Origin: an uncultured Candidatus Peribacteria bacterium | GTDB taxonomy: Bacteria; Patescibacteriota; Gracilibacteria; UBA4473 | Length of the DNA stretch: 51,154 nt | Direction: 5' to 3' | NCBI GenBank assembly: GCA_964513975.1 | Contig: CAZEON010000002.1 | Location: forward strand, 1-51,154 | Shown: one piece after another, positions 18,455 through 26,945 of the stretch | Layout: every line of letters begins with the position of its first letter | Position numbering within the stretch: the stretch's first letter is position 1 | The notes under the pieces: model-generated | Database searches by the model: none | What the model was told of the DNA's origin: nothing | Seen by the model: the letters and a program-made list of their open reading frames with translations, nothing else | Position numbers and translations under genes: made by a program

Positions 18455-19320
18455 TGTTTAACAGTATTATTGATCTGTTGCTGTTGTCCCATATTTAATG
18501 TTTTGGTCACTATGTTAAATTTAATCGGAGAAGTTTTCAGGTTTTTGAGCGTCTGAATTATTGCTGTGTATTGCCTAAACGCATTATTCTTTTCTTTAGA
18601 AATTGCTATTAGATAGCTATTACGCTTCCCTTGGTCGTGCCTGTGATCCTCATAATGGCTGTAACATACTGTCTCATAATTAGCGTGCAAATAAGAAATA
18701 AAAGCCATACTTGCCATCTGACACAAACTTTTTTCAGTTACGCTTTGAGCGTCAAACTCCTTTTCTAATTCTTTCTCAATTTCTAGCATATACCCTCGTT
18801 GTCCTCTGCTTAATGGAATAGATTGGATAAAAAGCTCCTTTGTTTCTAGGCTTTTGGTTTCAAAAACGATTTTCTCAATCTCTTTGAGTTCTTCCAAAAG
18901 AATGATTTCCCCTGTTTCATCCTTTCTCAATATGTAATCATTCAATTTTAATTGATATTCTTTTGCCAGATGTTCTGGTTCTATATTTTCTACACCATAA
19001 GAAGTCGATCGAATGTCGGGGTTTCTTAGTAAATCAGCAATCCATTCACAGCCTTTTTTTTCTGCAAGTTGTAATCGATTCTGTAGTTCTTTTTTCCTTT
19101 CCTTAAAGTCTGGGATTTTTTCTGCATACTTTCTCAATTCATATAGTCTAATATCTGCAAAATAGCAGGCATTTTCATCTGATAGCCCCAACATAAAGGC
19201 TTTCGCAAGTTTTTTGCGTACAATTAAGTCATTTTTTCCTTTAAAGTAGTTTTTCTTTTGATTCTTCTTGTTTTTATTATTCATGGTTTTTTGATAGTCG
19301 CTACAGTTAAGCCATTGCAC
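18451..19320 (-). CDS. hypothetical protein, possible terminase-small-subunit-like HTH protein
   Basis: N-terminal Lys-rich region followed by an HTH-like stretch (LAKAFMLGLSDENACYFADIRLYELRKY) that resembles TerS N-termini. This rests on pattern recognition only. The real start may be the internal MNNKNKK. Confidence 0.4.
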   Translation of the reverse strand: MQWLNCSDYQKTMNNKNKKNQKKNYFKGKNDLIVRKKLAKAFMLGLSDENACYFADIRLYELRKYAEKIPDFKERKKELQNRLQLAEKKGCEWIADLLRNPDIRSTSYGVENIEPEHLAKEYQLKLNDYILRKDETGEIILLEELKEIEKIVFETKSLETKELFIQSIPLSRGQRGYMLEIEKELEKEFDAQSVTEKSLCQMASMAFISYLHANYETVCYSHYEDHRHDQGKRNSYLIAISKEKNNAFRQYTAIIQTLKNLKTSPIKFNIVTKTLNMGQQQQINNTVKQ

Positions 19321-19648
19321 AAACTTCGGCTCTAATAAGCCCCAACTCCTGCTCCCAGCTTGTATGATTTAGCAGTGGTACAACATAGTGTTTCTTGTTT
19401 TTTTTGTAAGTCAGTATGGTTCATTGCCTACCCTCTTGTTCTCTTAAAAGAGAAAGTTTGCACTTTAAACCCCATAAAAAACGACTATTTTGTTGGGGGC
19501 TTTATCTTTGATTTGTAACGCTGGAACCATGTGTCTAAAATAACACTGGACAAGCCCTCTCATATGTTTGACTGGAATTCCTCGAACTATTTGATAGATT
19601 CGTTCAAACTGTTGTCGAAGTTCGCCACCAATTCTTATCTCCACTCGA

Positions 19649-19888
19649 ATGAATAAGAAAAAGAGAAAAACAGTTGGAATACTAAATGAAGGAGAAGAAA
19701 ACGTCTTTATTAATAACGAATTTGAAGGTTTTGATATTGGTATTCATGACAAAGGAAAAAGAACATTTGCTTCTGGCAATAAGTTTTTTCGCAAAGTAGG
19801 AAATAAACTTTTTTGGAAACAATTTTGGATTCATATTGTACTTGGAGGAATTCTTGTAGGAGTAGTAGTTCACTTCTTAACAAAGTAA
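19649..19888 (+). CDS. hypothetical small protein with C-terminal transmembrane helix
   Basis: 79-aa ATG ORF with a basic N-terminus and a hydrophobic C-terminus (IVLGGILVGVVVHFL). There is no homology evidence. Confidence 0.3.
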   Translation: MNKKKRKTVGILNEGEENVFINNEFEGFDIGIHDKGKRTFASGNKFFRKVGNKLFWKQFWIHIVLGGILVGVVVHFLTK

Positions 19889-19921
19889 ATCGGCAATCGA
19901 AAATTGGCAATCGAAAATGTC

Positions 19922-20830
19922 TTACCGCCACTCAAACGCATCGTAGATCCACGAGATGAGTTTTTTGGTTTCTCCAAATCTATCTTGAGACCCGAGAATG
20001 ACGGTCAGAACCTCATCACCCCCATTAGTTTCTCCTAGTGCCACGAAACATTCTCCTGCAAAGTAAGTGAATCCAGTCTTCATTCCTTTCAGATTCAAGA
20101 AACTGCTGAGGAGTTTATTGGTTGTTGGTTTCTCGTGAAAGAATTTCCCATCCACCGACGTTCCATAGAAGTGTGGTTTCGCAACGGCTTCTTTTACAAA
20201 TGGATTCTGCAACAAGATTCGAGCCAAGGTTAATACGTCGTATGCCGACATAGAATTCCCCCAGACCTCTGTTTGCTGTTCATCCATAATATCTAAGCCC
20301 GTTGAGTTGTAGAACTTCGCAGAGTGAAGTTTGAGCTCTTTTGCACGTGCATTCATTTCTCGAACAAATTCCGCCTCCGATCCTGAGTGAAACACTGCCA
20401 AGGTTACAGCAGCATCATTTGCAGAACCAATGAGAATCGCTTCGATAAGTGTTCCTACAGTGAATTGTTCATATTCGTACACATCAATCGTGGAGCTATT
20501 CACCAAGGTTGCCTCAATCGGAACCGTTACCACTTCATCGAGTTCGTGATTTTCCAAAATCAGCAACGCCGTCATCAACTTCGAAACAGAAGCGATGGGT
20601 TGTGACCTGTGTGCGCGTTCAGAAAGAAGTACTTTTCCTGATCCCAAATCCATAGCCAATACGGCCGTTTGTGTATTTTTGAGAAGTTTCGGCGCAATGC
20701 GATTTGTTGCTTTTTCAGGTATTTTTGCGAGTTCTAAAATTTCAATATTCGGGAGTACATCAATATTTTGACCCATTGGAATATCATGAGAATTGAGTGA
20801 CAACAGTGCAAAAACGATGAATTCGAGCAT
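19922..20830 (-). CDS. D-alanyl-D-alanine carboxypeptidase (serine-type, PBP5/S11 family)
   Basis: Carries the SxxK (ASVSKLMT), SxN (GSANDA) and KTG (MKTGFT) motifs plus an N-terminal signal-like segment. Confidence 0.85.
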   Translation of the reverse strand: MLEFIVFALLSLNSHDIPMGQNIDVLPNIEILELAKIPEKATNRIAPKLLKNTQTAVLAMDLGSGKVLLSERAHRSQPIASVSKLMTALLILENHELDEVVTVPIEATLVNSSTIDVYEYEQFTVGTLIEAILIGSANDAAVTLAVFHSGSEAEFVREMNARAKELKLHSAKFYNSTGLDIMDEQQTEVWGNSMSAYDVLTLARILLQNPFVKEAVAKPHFYGTSVDGKFFHEKPTTNKLLSSFLNLKGMKTGFTYFAGECFVALGETNGGDEVLTVILGSQDRFGETKKLISWIYDAFEWR

Positions 20831-21245
20831 CGGGGGGATGATAATGAAAAATGAATAATGAGCAATGAATTATTGAACAAAAAATGTGTTCAATCTTATA
20901 AATAAAGAAAAAAAGAGATTTTTTGATTTGACTTTTTAAATATTTCCATATAAAAGGTATCCGTTCTTTTCGTGATAGAGTTGTTTTTAGAAAACAATCT
21001 CTGCTTATCGAACTGCTGTTCCCAGGAACAGTAAGTGGTTTCATCTTGTTGTGAAAAAATAAGTAACAACTTGTGCGCACAAAAGAGTGGCGCATGGTGA
21101 AACATTTTTTGTGACATTGGGATGCAATGAAAAAAGATCTTGCACACCAATGACACTTTGTTGGAACCTCGTTTTACTTGAAAGAACCCGAGAGCCCCTT
21201 TTCTGGGGACACTAAAAACGTGACGGTTTGGAACGAGTCAATACG

Positions 21246-21278
21246 CCCTGCAACTACTAGTGTTGCAGGGTTTTTTTT
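21246..21278 (+). terminator. strong intrinsic terminator on the + strand (9-bp perfect stem CCCTGCAAC/GTTGCAGGG, 7-nt loop, T8)
   Basis: Read directly from the sequence. The T-run overlaps the cysS stop codon on the opposite strand. In the cysS direction the hairpin is preceded by A8 but is not followed by a U-tract. Confidence 0.7.
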
Positions 21279-22728
21279 ATTTCAAATGCCATGTCTGTCC
21301 GTCAGGACCGTCGCGTACTTCAACATTAAACTTTTCCAAAAGCTCCTCACGAATCTGGTCAGACTTTGCCCAGTCTTTTTCTTCGCGGGCGGTTTGTCGT
21401 TGTTCAACGAGTGCGTCGATCTTTGTTGTTTTTTCTCCAGAAAGTTTTTTTTGCTCCAGTCCAACGGCAAAAATAGGTTCAAAGTCATTTTCAAGGAAAT
21501 AAACAATAGATTGAGCATATTCTTTTGGGATTTCAGAATTCATTGCCTCAGAGCCTTTTACTGTCAGATCAAGAATTTCCCAGAAATAAGATAATGCGCT
21601 TGGAATATTTAAATCATCAAAGAGCATCCGTTTATAGTTGAGTGTTCCCTTAAAAATAAATCCTTCAGTAGCTTTTTGTCCTTCAGTGGTAATGTTTTTA
21701 CACTTTTTATAACTCTCTCGAATCTTTTGAATGTTTTTCCGGCTTTCTTCGAGTCGGTCTTCTGAGAAACTAAACTCAGTTTTGTAGTGAGATTTCAGAA
21801 GGGCAAACCGAATCTCTTCGCCTTTCCATCCCTTCTCCAACAAATCTCGAATCGTATAAAAGTTCCCCGCAGATTTGGACATCTTCTTGCCATCTACCAA
21901 CAAGTGCTTCACATGAAGCCAATAATTCACTGATTTCTTTCCGCCATTGGAACATTCATTTTGTGCGATTTCACATTCGTGATGGGGAAAGATATTATCT
22001 TCTCCTCCCGTGTGAATATCGAAATGATCGCCAAGAATTTTCCGACTCATAGCAGAACATTCAATGTGCCACCCCGGGAACCCCTTTCCCCAAGGACTGT
22101 CCCACTGCATGAGGTGGTTTTCGTTCGCCTTTTTCCACAAGGCAAAATCAATCGGGTTTTCTTTCTCACTATTTACTTCCACTCGTGCTCCTGTCTGCAA
22201 ATCTTCGATCTTATTTTTCGATAACTGTCCGTATTTCTTGTATTTAGTTGTTCGGAAATAAACCGAACCATTTACCTCGTAGGCATATCCTTCATCAATG
22301 AGTTTCTGTGCGAGATCAATCTGTTCAGCAATGTGATCAGTCGCTCGTGGATAGGAATCAGCCGGCTCCATGCGCAAAACATCCACATCTTCCAAAAACG
22401 CTTCTTCGTATCGTTTTGCTATCGCGAACGGATCAACCTTTTCTGCCTTTGCCTTCTTCGCAATCTTGTCTTCTCCACCTGCATCTGCCGTATCGTCGTT
22501 TGTGAGATGTCCGACATCGGTAATGTTCATCACCTTCATGACGTCGTATCCCGCGTATTTAAACACCCTCGTTAGCAAATCAGACAACAAGAAAGATCGG
22601 AAGTTTCCAATGTGCGCGTAGTCATACACCGTCGGACCACAAGAATAAATTGTCACCTTTCCATCTTCAATGGGTTTGAATTCTTCCTTCTTTCCCGTGA
22701 GTGTATTGTGTAAAAAAATATCCGCCAT
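21277..22728 (-). CDS. cysS: cysteine--tRNA ligase
   Basis: Carries the HIGN motif (YAHIGNFRSF) and KMSKS (KKMSKSAGNF). The start is set at MADIFLHNTLTGKKEEF, matching the usual CysRS N-terminus. Confidence 0.95.
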   Translation of the reverse strand: MADIFLHNTLTGKKEEFKPIEDGKVTIYSCGPTVYDYAHIGNFRSFLLSDLLTRVFKYAGYDVMKVMNITDVGHLTNDDTADAGGEDKIAKKAKAEKVDPFAIAKRYEEAFLEDVDVLRMEPADSYPRATDHIAEQIDLAQKLIDEGYAYEVNGSVYFRTTKYKKYGQLSKNKIEDLQTGARVEVNSEKENPIDFALWKKANENHLMQWDSPWGKGFPGWHIECSAMSRKILGDHFDIHTGGEDNIFPHHECEIAQNECSNGGKKSVNYWLHVKHLLVDGKKMSKSAGNFYTIRDLLEKGWKGEEIRFALLKSHYKTEFSFSEDRLEESRKNIQKIRESYKKCKNITTEGQKATEGFIFKGTLNYKRMLFDDLNIPSALSYFWEILDLTVKGSEAMNSEIPKEYAQSIVYFLENDFEPIFAVGLEQKKLSGEKTTKIDALVEQRQTAREEKDWAKSDQIREELLEKFNVEVRDGPDGQTWHLK

Positions 22729-22917
22729 CAAGCGGATAATACTGTGGTTGAGGGTTTGGGACAACTGGAATATTTGTTGGGGAATCTGTGCTAGAGAATG
22801 TAATGCGTGCGTACGAACTCTCTCCGACTCTGGGAGGAAGATATTTTTTCTTATTTGATATTCGTCGCCTCTCTCTTTTTCCTTCGACCTCGTTCAGGAC
22901 AGGCAAGAGAAAGGCTT

Positions 22918-23325
22918 TCATGTGAGAGATTTCTGCAGTTTTATGAAAACTTTTTGTGGAGATTCTAATACTTCCTTGTTAGAAAATCGGATCACCTTCA
23001 TTCCCATTTGATTCATAAGAAATGTTCGGTAACTATCATAATCCTTCTATGTTTCATGAATACCACCATCAATTTCCACAACAAGCTTCGCTACCCGACA
23101 ATAAAAATCTGCTATGAAAAATCTATAATTCCCTTTTTTCTCATACTCAAAAACAATTGGATACTGGCGATAGAATTTTTTACCGACACATTGTTTTCTT
23201 CTCACCAGTTCCCAAAAAATAGTTTCTGATTCTGTTTGTTTTTTCCTTAATTCTCTGGCTACTTGATTGGCGAGAGCTCTTACTTTCATATTTTTTATCC
23301 TACATATTCCCCTTTCTCTTGGCAA
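22918..23325 (-). pseudogene. DUF559 (Vsr-like endonuclease fold) gene interrupted by an in-frame TAG
   Basis: The 92-aa ORF ends ...LVVEIDGGIHET at the TAG (23047-23049). The same frame continues KDYDSYRTFLMNQMGMKVIRFSNKEVLESPQKV... to the TGA at 22918-22920. That continuation is the expected conserved DUF559 C-terminus. Confidence 0.65.
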
Positions 23326-23399
23326 AGAGAGAGGGGATAGAATATCTATCCTTCATAGTTCGCTTCCTTTTTGCAGATGGGGAGAGAGATCGTTCCTTG

Positions 23400-23948
23400 C
23401 TACCCCGTTTTAATCTGATTAAAGAAGTCAGATTTGAGAGAGGGATCAGTTTTGAACTCTCCTCGGAAACACGTAGTAATCGTTTGTGCATCGGCTTTCT
23501 TCGCTCCTCGTCCGCACATGCACAGGTGCTTCCCGTCCAGTTGTACAGCCACTCCTTTTGGTTTCAACTCTTCAAATAATGTGTTGGCAACCTGCATCGT
23601 GAGACGTTCTTGATTTTGTAATCGATGTGCAAAGATATCGAGAATTCGTGGAATTTTGGACAGTCCTGTGATTTTTTTATCAGGAATGTAAGCGATATGT
23701 GCTTTTCCAAAAAATGGAATCATATGGTGTTCGCACATAGAAAAATATTGAATATCTTTTACCAAAATCATTTCTTCATATCCATTTGCATCAAAGGTCT
23801 TGAGTTCCTTTGAGGCATCTTTATCGTATCCAGAAAAATACTCTTTATGGGCTTCGGCAATGCGTTTTGGGGTTTCTACTAAGTCTGCACGATTTGGGTC
23901 TTCTCCAATATTTTTGAGTATTTCAATGATTGCGTCTTCTGTTTTCAT
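23400..23948 (-). CDS. folE: GTP cyclohydrolase I
   Basis: Carries the FSMCEHHMIPFFGKAHIAYIP active-site region. It is 182 aa and overlaps the upstream folK stop. Confidence 0.9.
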   Translation of the reverse strand: MKTEDAIIEILKNIGEDPNRADLVETPKRIAEAHKEYFSGYDKDASKELKTFDANGYEEMILVKDIQYFSMCEHHMIPFFGKAHIAYIPDKKITGLSKIPRILDIFAHRLQNQERLTMQVANTLFEELKPKGVAVQLDGKHLCMCGRGAKKADAQTITTCFRGEFKTDPSLKSDFFNQIKTG

Positions 23949-24391
23949 TCTCTTTCAAATAAATTTCTAAGTGCGCCTAATGTAGGGATTTCAAAATTTT
24001 CGTCAACGAGTTCGCTGAGTGGTCCAAGAATAAACGATCGATTGGCAATGCCTGGATGAGGAATTGTTAAATCTTCAGTCTTCACAATCTCGTCATCAAA
24101 AATCAAAATATCGAGATCCAATGTGCGATCGGACCAGCGTTTTTCTCGCACGCGTTCATGTTCGTTTTCCACTTTTTGCAATACCTTTAATAATTCCTCT
24201 GGCGTGAAATCAGTATCGATCTGCCAGACAGCATTCGAAAAATCATTCTTCGCAACACCGCCGTAGGGAGGATTGAGAAGGATGTTCGATTTCTGCACTA
24301 CATGAATGCTCTTTTCTTCTAAAGACACCTCTGCGCTCCGGAATATTTTTTCCGCATCTCCGATTGAGGAGCCGAGTCCGATGAAAATCAT
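23945..24391 (-). CDS. folK: 2-amino-4-hydroxy-6-hydroxymethyldihydropteridine diphosphokinase (HPPK)
   Basis: Motifs IFIGLGSSIGD, RTLDLDILIFDD and LTIPHPG. The start is set at the internal MIFIGLGS, giving an ATGA overlap with the upstream gene. Confidence 0.85.
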   Translation of the reverse strand: MIFIGLGSSIGDAEKIFRSAEVSLEEKSIHVVQKSNILLNPPYGGVAKNDFSNAVWQIDTDFTPEELLKVLQKVENEHERVREKRWSDRTLDLDILIFDDEIVKTEDLTIPHPGIANRSFILGPLSELVDENFEIPTLGALRNLFERE

Positions 24392-24705
24392 TTTGTAGGC
24401 CACTGAATGAGAAGAATTCCGAAAAGAATAGCGGCAATTCCAATCCATTGAAGAATCGAGAGTTTATCTCCAAAATAAAAAACTCCAATCAAAGGGACAA
24501 CAATCATTGCCGTTCCATACCAAATAGCGTTTCCTATAGAAAAATTTTCGTATTGAAACATTTTTGAAAGAAAAAATATTACCAGTGCGAAACAGGCCAT
24601 TGCAACGGCTAATAGCGGCCACTCCTGAGTGAGGGCATATTTTTTAGCGAGACTTACTCCTGCTAAATCAAATACCAACACGATTCCGAGGTAAAACCAA
24701 AACAT
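24388..24705 (-). CDS. SMR (small multidrug resistance/EmrE-Gdx-like) family four-helix membrane protein
   Basis: 105 aa with four TM segments. An acidic residue sits in TM1 (VFDLAGV) at the position of EmrE Glu14, and AIWYG...G spacing in TM3. It is co-transcribed with folK-folE. Confidence 0.6.
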   Translation of the reverse strand: MFWFYLGIVLVFDLAGVSLAKKYALTQEWPLLAVAMACFALVIFFLSKMFQYENFSIGNAIWYGTAMIVVPLIGVFYFGDKLSILQWIGIAAILFGILLIQWPTK

Positions 24706-24707
24706 GT

Positions 24708-26027
24708 TTATTCAAAAAAAGTATCGACCAATTTTTCTGCGAGTCCTGTGTAGGTTTCTGGTGTGAGTTTTTTCAGACGTTTCTTTTCTTTGTCCGGTAA
24801 TGTTGTCTGATCAATGAACTTCCGCACTTCATCGAGTGAGAGTTTCTTTCCTCGAGAAAATTTCTTCAATTCATCGTACGCATCTGCGTTTCCGTGTGCC
24901 CTGAGAACCGTTTGCACGGCTTCAGTGAGTACTTCTGGAGCGCTTTCCAAATCAGCTCGCAGAACGTCTTCTTTGAGTTCTAATTTTCCAAGTCCTTTCA
25001 AGAGTGACTTCAATCCAAGAAGAAAATGTCCAAAGACGAGTCCGAAATTTCTTTGCAAGGTTGAATCGGTGAGATCTCTTTGCCACCGAGAAATGGGGAG
25101 TTCGTCCGCGAGCGTTCGAGCGATCCCTCGAGACATCTTGAAGTTTCCTTCAGCGTTCTCGAAATCAATTGGGTTTACTTTGTGTGGCATTGTCGATGAT
25201 CCGACTTCTCCTTTCACGACCTTTTGTCCGAAGTATCCAAGCGATACATATCCCCAAATATCTCGGCAGAGATCGATGAGAATGCTTTCGGTCAGGGTCA
25301 CTTCATTCAAGAGTGCAACCTGTCCATCGTGTGATTCGATTTGTGTGGTGAGTGGATTCCATGAGCATCCGAGTTTTTCTTCCACGAATTCTTGAGAGAA
25401 TTTAATCCAATCTACCTTCGGGAATGCTGCTACGTGCGCGGCATAGGTTCCAGTAGCTCCGTTGAATTTCGCGAAGACGGGCATTTGCGCCAATGTCTGG
25501 AAACTCTGCGTGAGCCCAAAGAGAAACACACTCATTTCTTTTCCCATTGTTGAAGGTGTTGCCGTCTGTCCGTGTGTTCGGCAGAGAATCGGCGTTCCTT
25601 TCCATTCTCGTGTTTTTCCATACAAGTCATCGAGTACGAGTCCCACGGTATCGAGTACAACGGTCATTCCTTCCCTCAGCATGAGAGCGTAGGCAGTGTT
25701 GTTGATATCTTCTGACGTGCATGCAAAATGCAACCACGGCCAGTGTTTCTTGTCAGTATACTTTCTTAAAAACATTTCCACAGCTTTTACATCGTGGTTT
25801 GTTTTTTTCTCAATGTCTTTAATCGCTTTGAATTCTTTTGGTCCAAAGTTTTCTCCAAGTTTTCGTAATTTTGCAGGTACTTTTGGTGCGAGATCTTTCT
25901 CTGCTAAAAAGTATAACCATTCAATTTCAACGATGGTTCTGTTTCGAGCGAGTCCGAATTCCGAAAAAATCGGTTCAAGTTCTTTTACTTTTTCACTGTA
26001 CCGGTCGTCGAGGGGTGAGAGGGACAT
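24708..26027 (-). CDS. purB: adenylosuccinate lyase
   Basis: Carries the fumarate-lyase signature GSSTMPHKVNPIDFEN. Length is 439 aa. Confidence 0.92.
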   Translation of the reverse strand: MSLSPLDDRYSEKVKELEPIFSEFGLARNRTIVEIEWLYFLAEKDLAPKVPAKLRKLGENFGPKEFKAIKDIEKKTNHDVKAVEMFLRKYTDKKHWPWLHFACTSEDINNTAYALMLREGMTVVLDTVGLVLDDLYGKTREWKGTPILCRTHGQTATPSTMGKEMSVFLFGLTQSFQTLAQMPVFAKFNGATGTYAAHVAAFPKVDWIKFSQEFVEEKLGCSWNPLTTQIESHDGQVALLNEVTLTESILIDLCRDIWGYVSLGYFGQKVVKGEVGSSTMPHKVNPIDFENAEGNFKMSRGIARTLADELPISRWQRDLTDSTLQRNFGLVFGHFLLGLKSLLKGLGKLELKEDVLRADLESAPEVLTEAVQTVLRAHGNADAYDELKKFSRGKKLSLDEVRKFIDQTTLPDKEKKRLKKLTPETYTGLAEKLVDTFFE

Positions 26028-26183
26028 AATTTAATGAATAATGAGTAATGAAGAATGAATAATAAAAGCAGATTCAATATACTGGAAAGAGAGAGATTTT
26101 CAATTGTCAATTTTCGATTTTCGAATGAAAAATAAAAAACTCCAAATTCTAAAAACTATGAACTGTTAACTCTAAACTATGAA

Positions 26184-26945
26184 CTATCCCGTAATCTTCA
26201 CTGCCAATCGCTCCAGAGTGAATCGGGTATTCTGGTTTTTGGAAACGGCTTGATGGGTCTCAAAAAGGATCGGAAGAAATTTTCTATATTGTTCAAAAAA
26301 TCGAGCATGAAGGATGCAATTTTCTAAAAAATCAAAGAACACCGATCGATCAATCTTCTTGTTTTTATTGTCCTTGGATTGTTTATCTAGCGCATCGATG
26401 GTCTGAAACTTTCCAATGAGATTTTTACTATTAAAGAAAGACTGAATCTCTTCTGAAATTTCAAAATCAATTTCTTCTTTTGGGAGTCTAATAACCGTCA
26501 TTCGAGAGATAATCGTGTCGAGAAGTTGATGATGATTCTTTGTCGTAAAGAGAAAAACAGCACTTGCCGGCGGTTCCTCAATCAGCTTCAACAATGCGTG
26601 CGGAGCATCTCGTGACACGCGCTCAAAGTTCTCCAAAATAATGATTCTGTACTTCCCTTCGTTTGGTTTTTGGTGTGCCCAACGAATCATGCCAAAGGCA
26701 TTTTCATATTCTCCTTGATCATCTTTTTTGGCACGATCAGACCAATCAATTTTGAAACTTTTTCCTTTATCCTTAAACACTAATGTGTCGAGATGAATTC
26801 CTTTCTCGATTTTCTCACGACTCGCTCCTTGCAATTGACTCGCTGTTTCGAGCGCAATATCAAGGGCTTCGGGACCACCAGAAAGAAGCACCCGTTGAGG
26901 GAATACTTCCGACGTAATCCATTTATCGATTTGTTGAGGAATCAT
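26184..26945 (-). CDS. holB: DNA polymerase III delta-prime subunit (clamp-loader AAA+ like)
   Basis: RVLLSGGPEA replaces the P-loop, and the ALLKLIEEPP sensor region is present. Length is 253 aa. Confidence 0.7.
   Translation of the reverse strand: MIPQQIDKWITSEVFPQRVLLSGGPEALDIALETASQLQGASREKIEKGIHLDTLVFKDKGKSFKIDWSDRAKKDDQGEYENAFGMIRWAHQKPNEGKYRIIILENFERVSRDAPHALLKLIEEPPASAVFLFTTKNHHQLLDTIISRMTVIRLPKEEIDFEISEEIQSFFNSKNLIGKFQTIDALDKQSKDNKNKKIDRSVFFDFLENCILHARFFEQYRKFLPILFETHQAVSKNQNTRFTLERLAVKITG

Larger units (their letters stand above)
8023..19648. mobile_element. putative integrated element / genomic island carrying a serine recombinase, Type III R-M and unknown cargo (right boundary not defined)
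   Basis: The recombinase gene abuts and overlaps the tRNA 3' end. The block consists of unknown, visibly more AT-rich genes plus R-M and TerS-like genes. It is flanked by housekeeping genes (topA and tRNA on one side, the carboxypeptidase and cysS on the other). No att repeats were identified. Confidence 0.45.

Noticed and set aside
19615-19635. TTCGCCACCAATTC as a duplicated tRNA 3' end (attR) marking the right island border
   Set aside because: It matches the tRNA end (CTCGCCCACCACTT) at only about 9 nt with an indel, which is within chance expectation. Serine recombinases also do not generate long direct repeats.
19465-19644. 59-aa GTG-initiated minus-strand ORF (VEIRIGGELRQQFERIYQIVRGIPVKHMRGL...) in the island's right-hand gap
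   Set aside because: The sequence is protein-like but below the cutoff. It has no recognisable motif, a non-ATG start and no coupling to neighbours. The evidence is too weak to annotate, though it could be a gene remnant.
21178-21594. 138-aa + strand ORF spanning the terminator and the cysS 3' end
   Set aside because: It reads through a perfect intrinsic terminator and is antisense to cysS. Its composition is low in complexity.
22729-22917. T-box or other riboswitch leader upstream of cysS, and the 84-aa ORF 22667..22921
   Set aside because: I found no T-box consensus (AGGGTGGTACCGCG-like) or specifier/antiterminator arrangement by eye. The ORF overlaps the cysS start and the DUF559 tail, and it translates a common hairpin-type repeat (PVLNEVEG).
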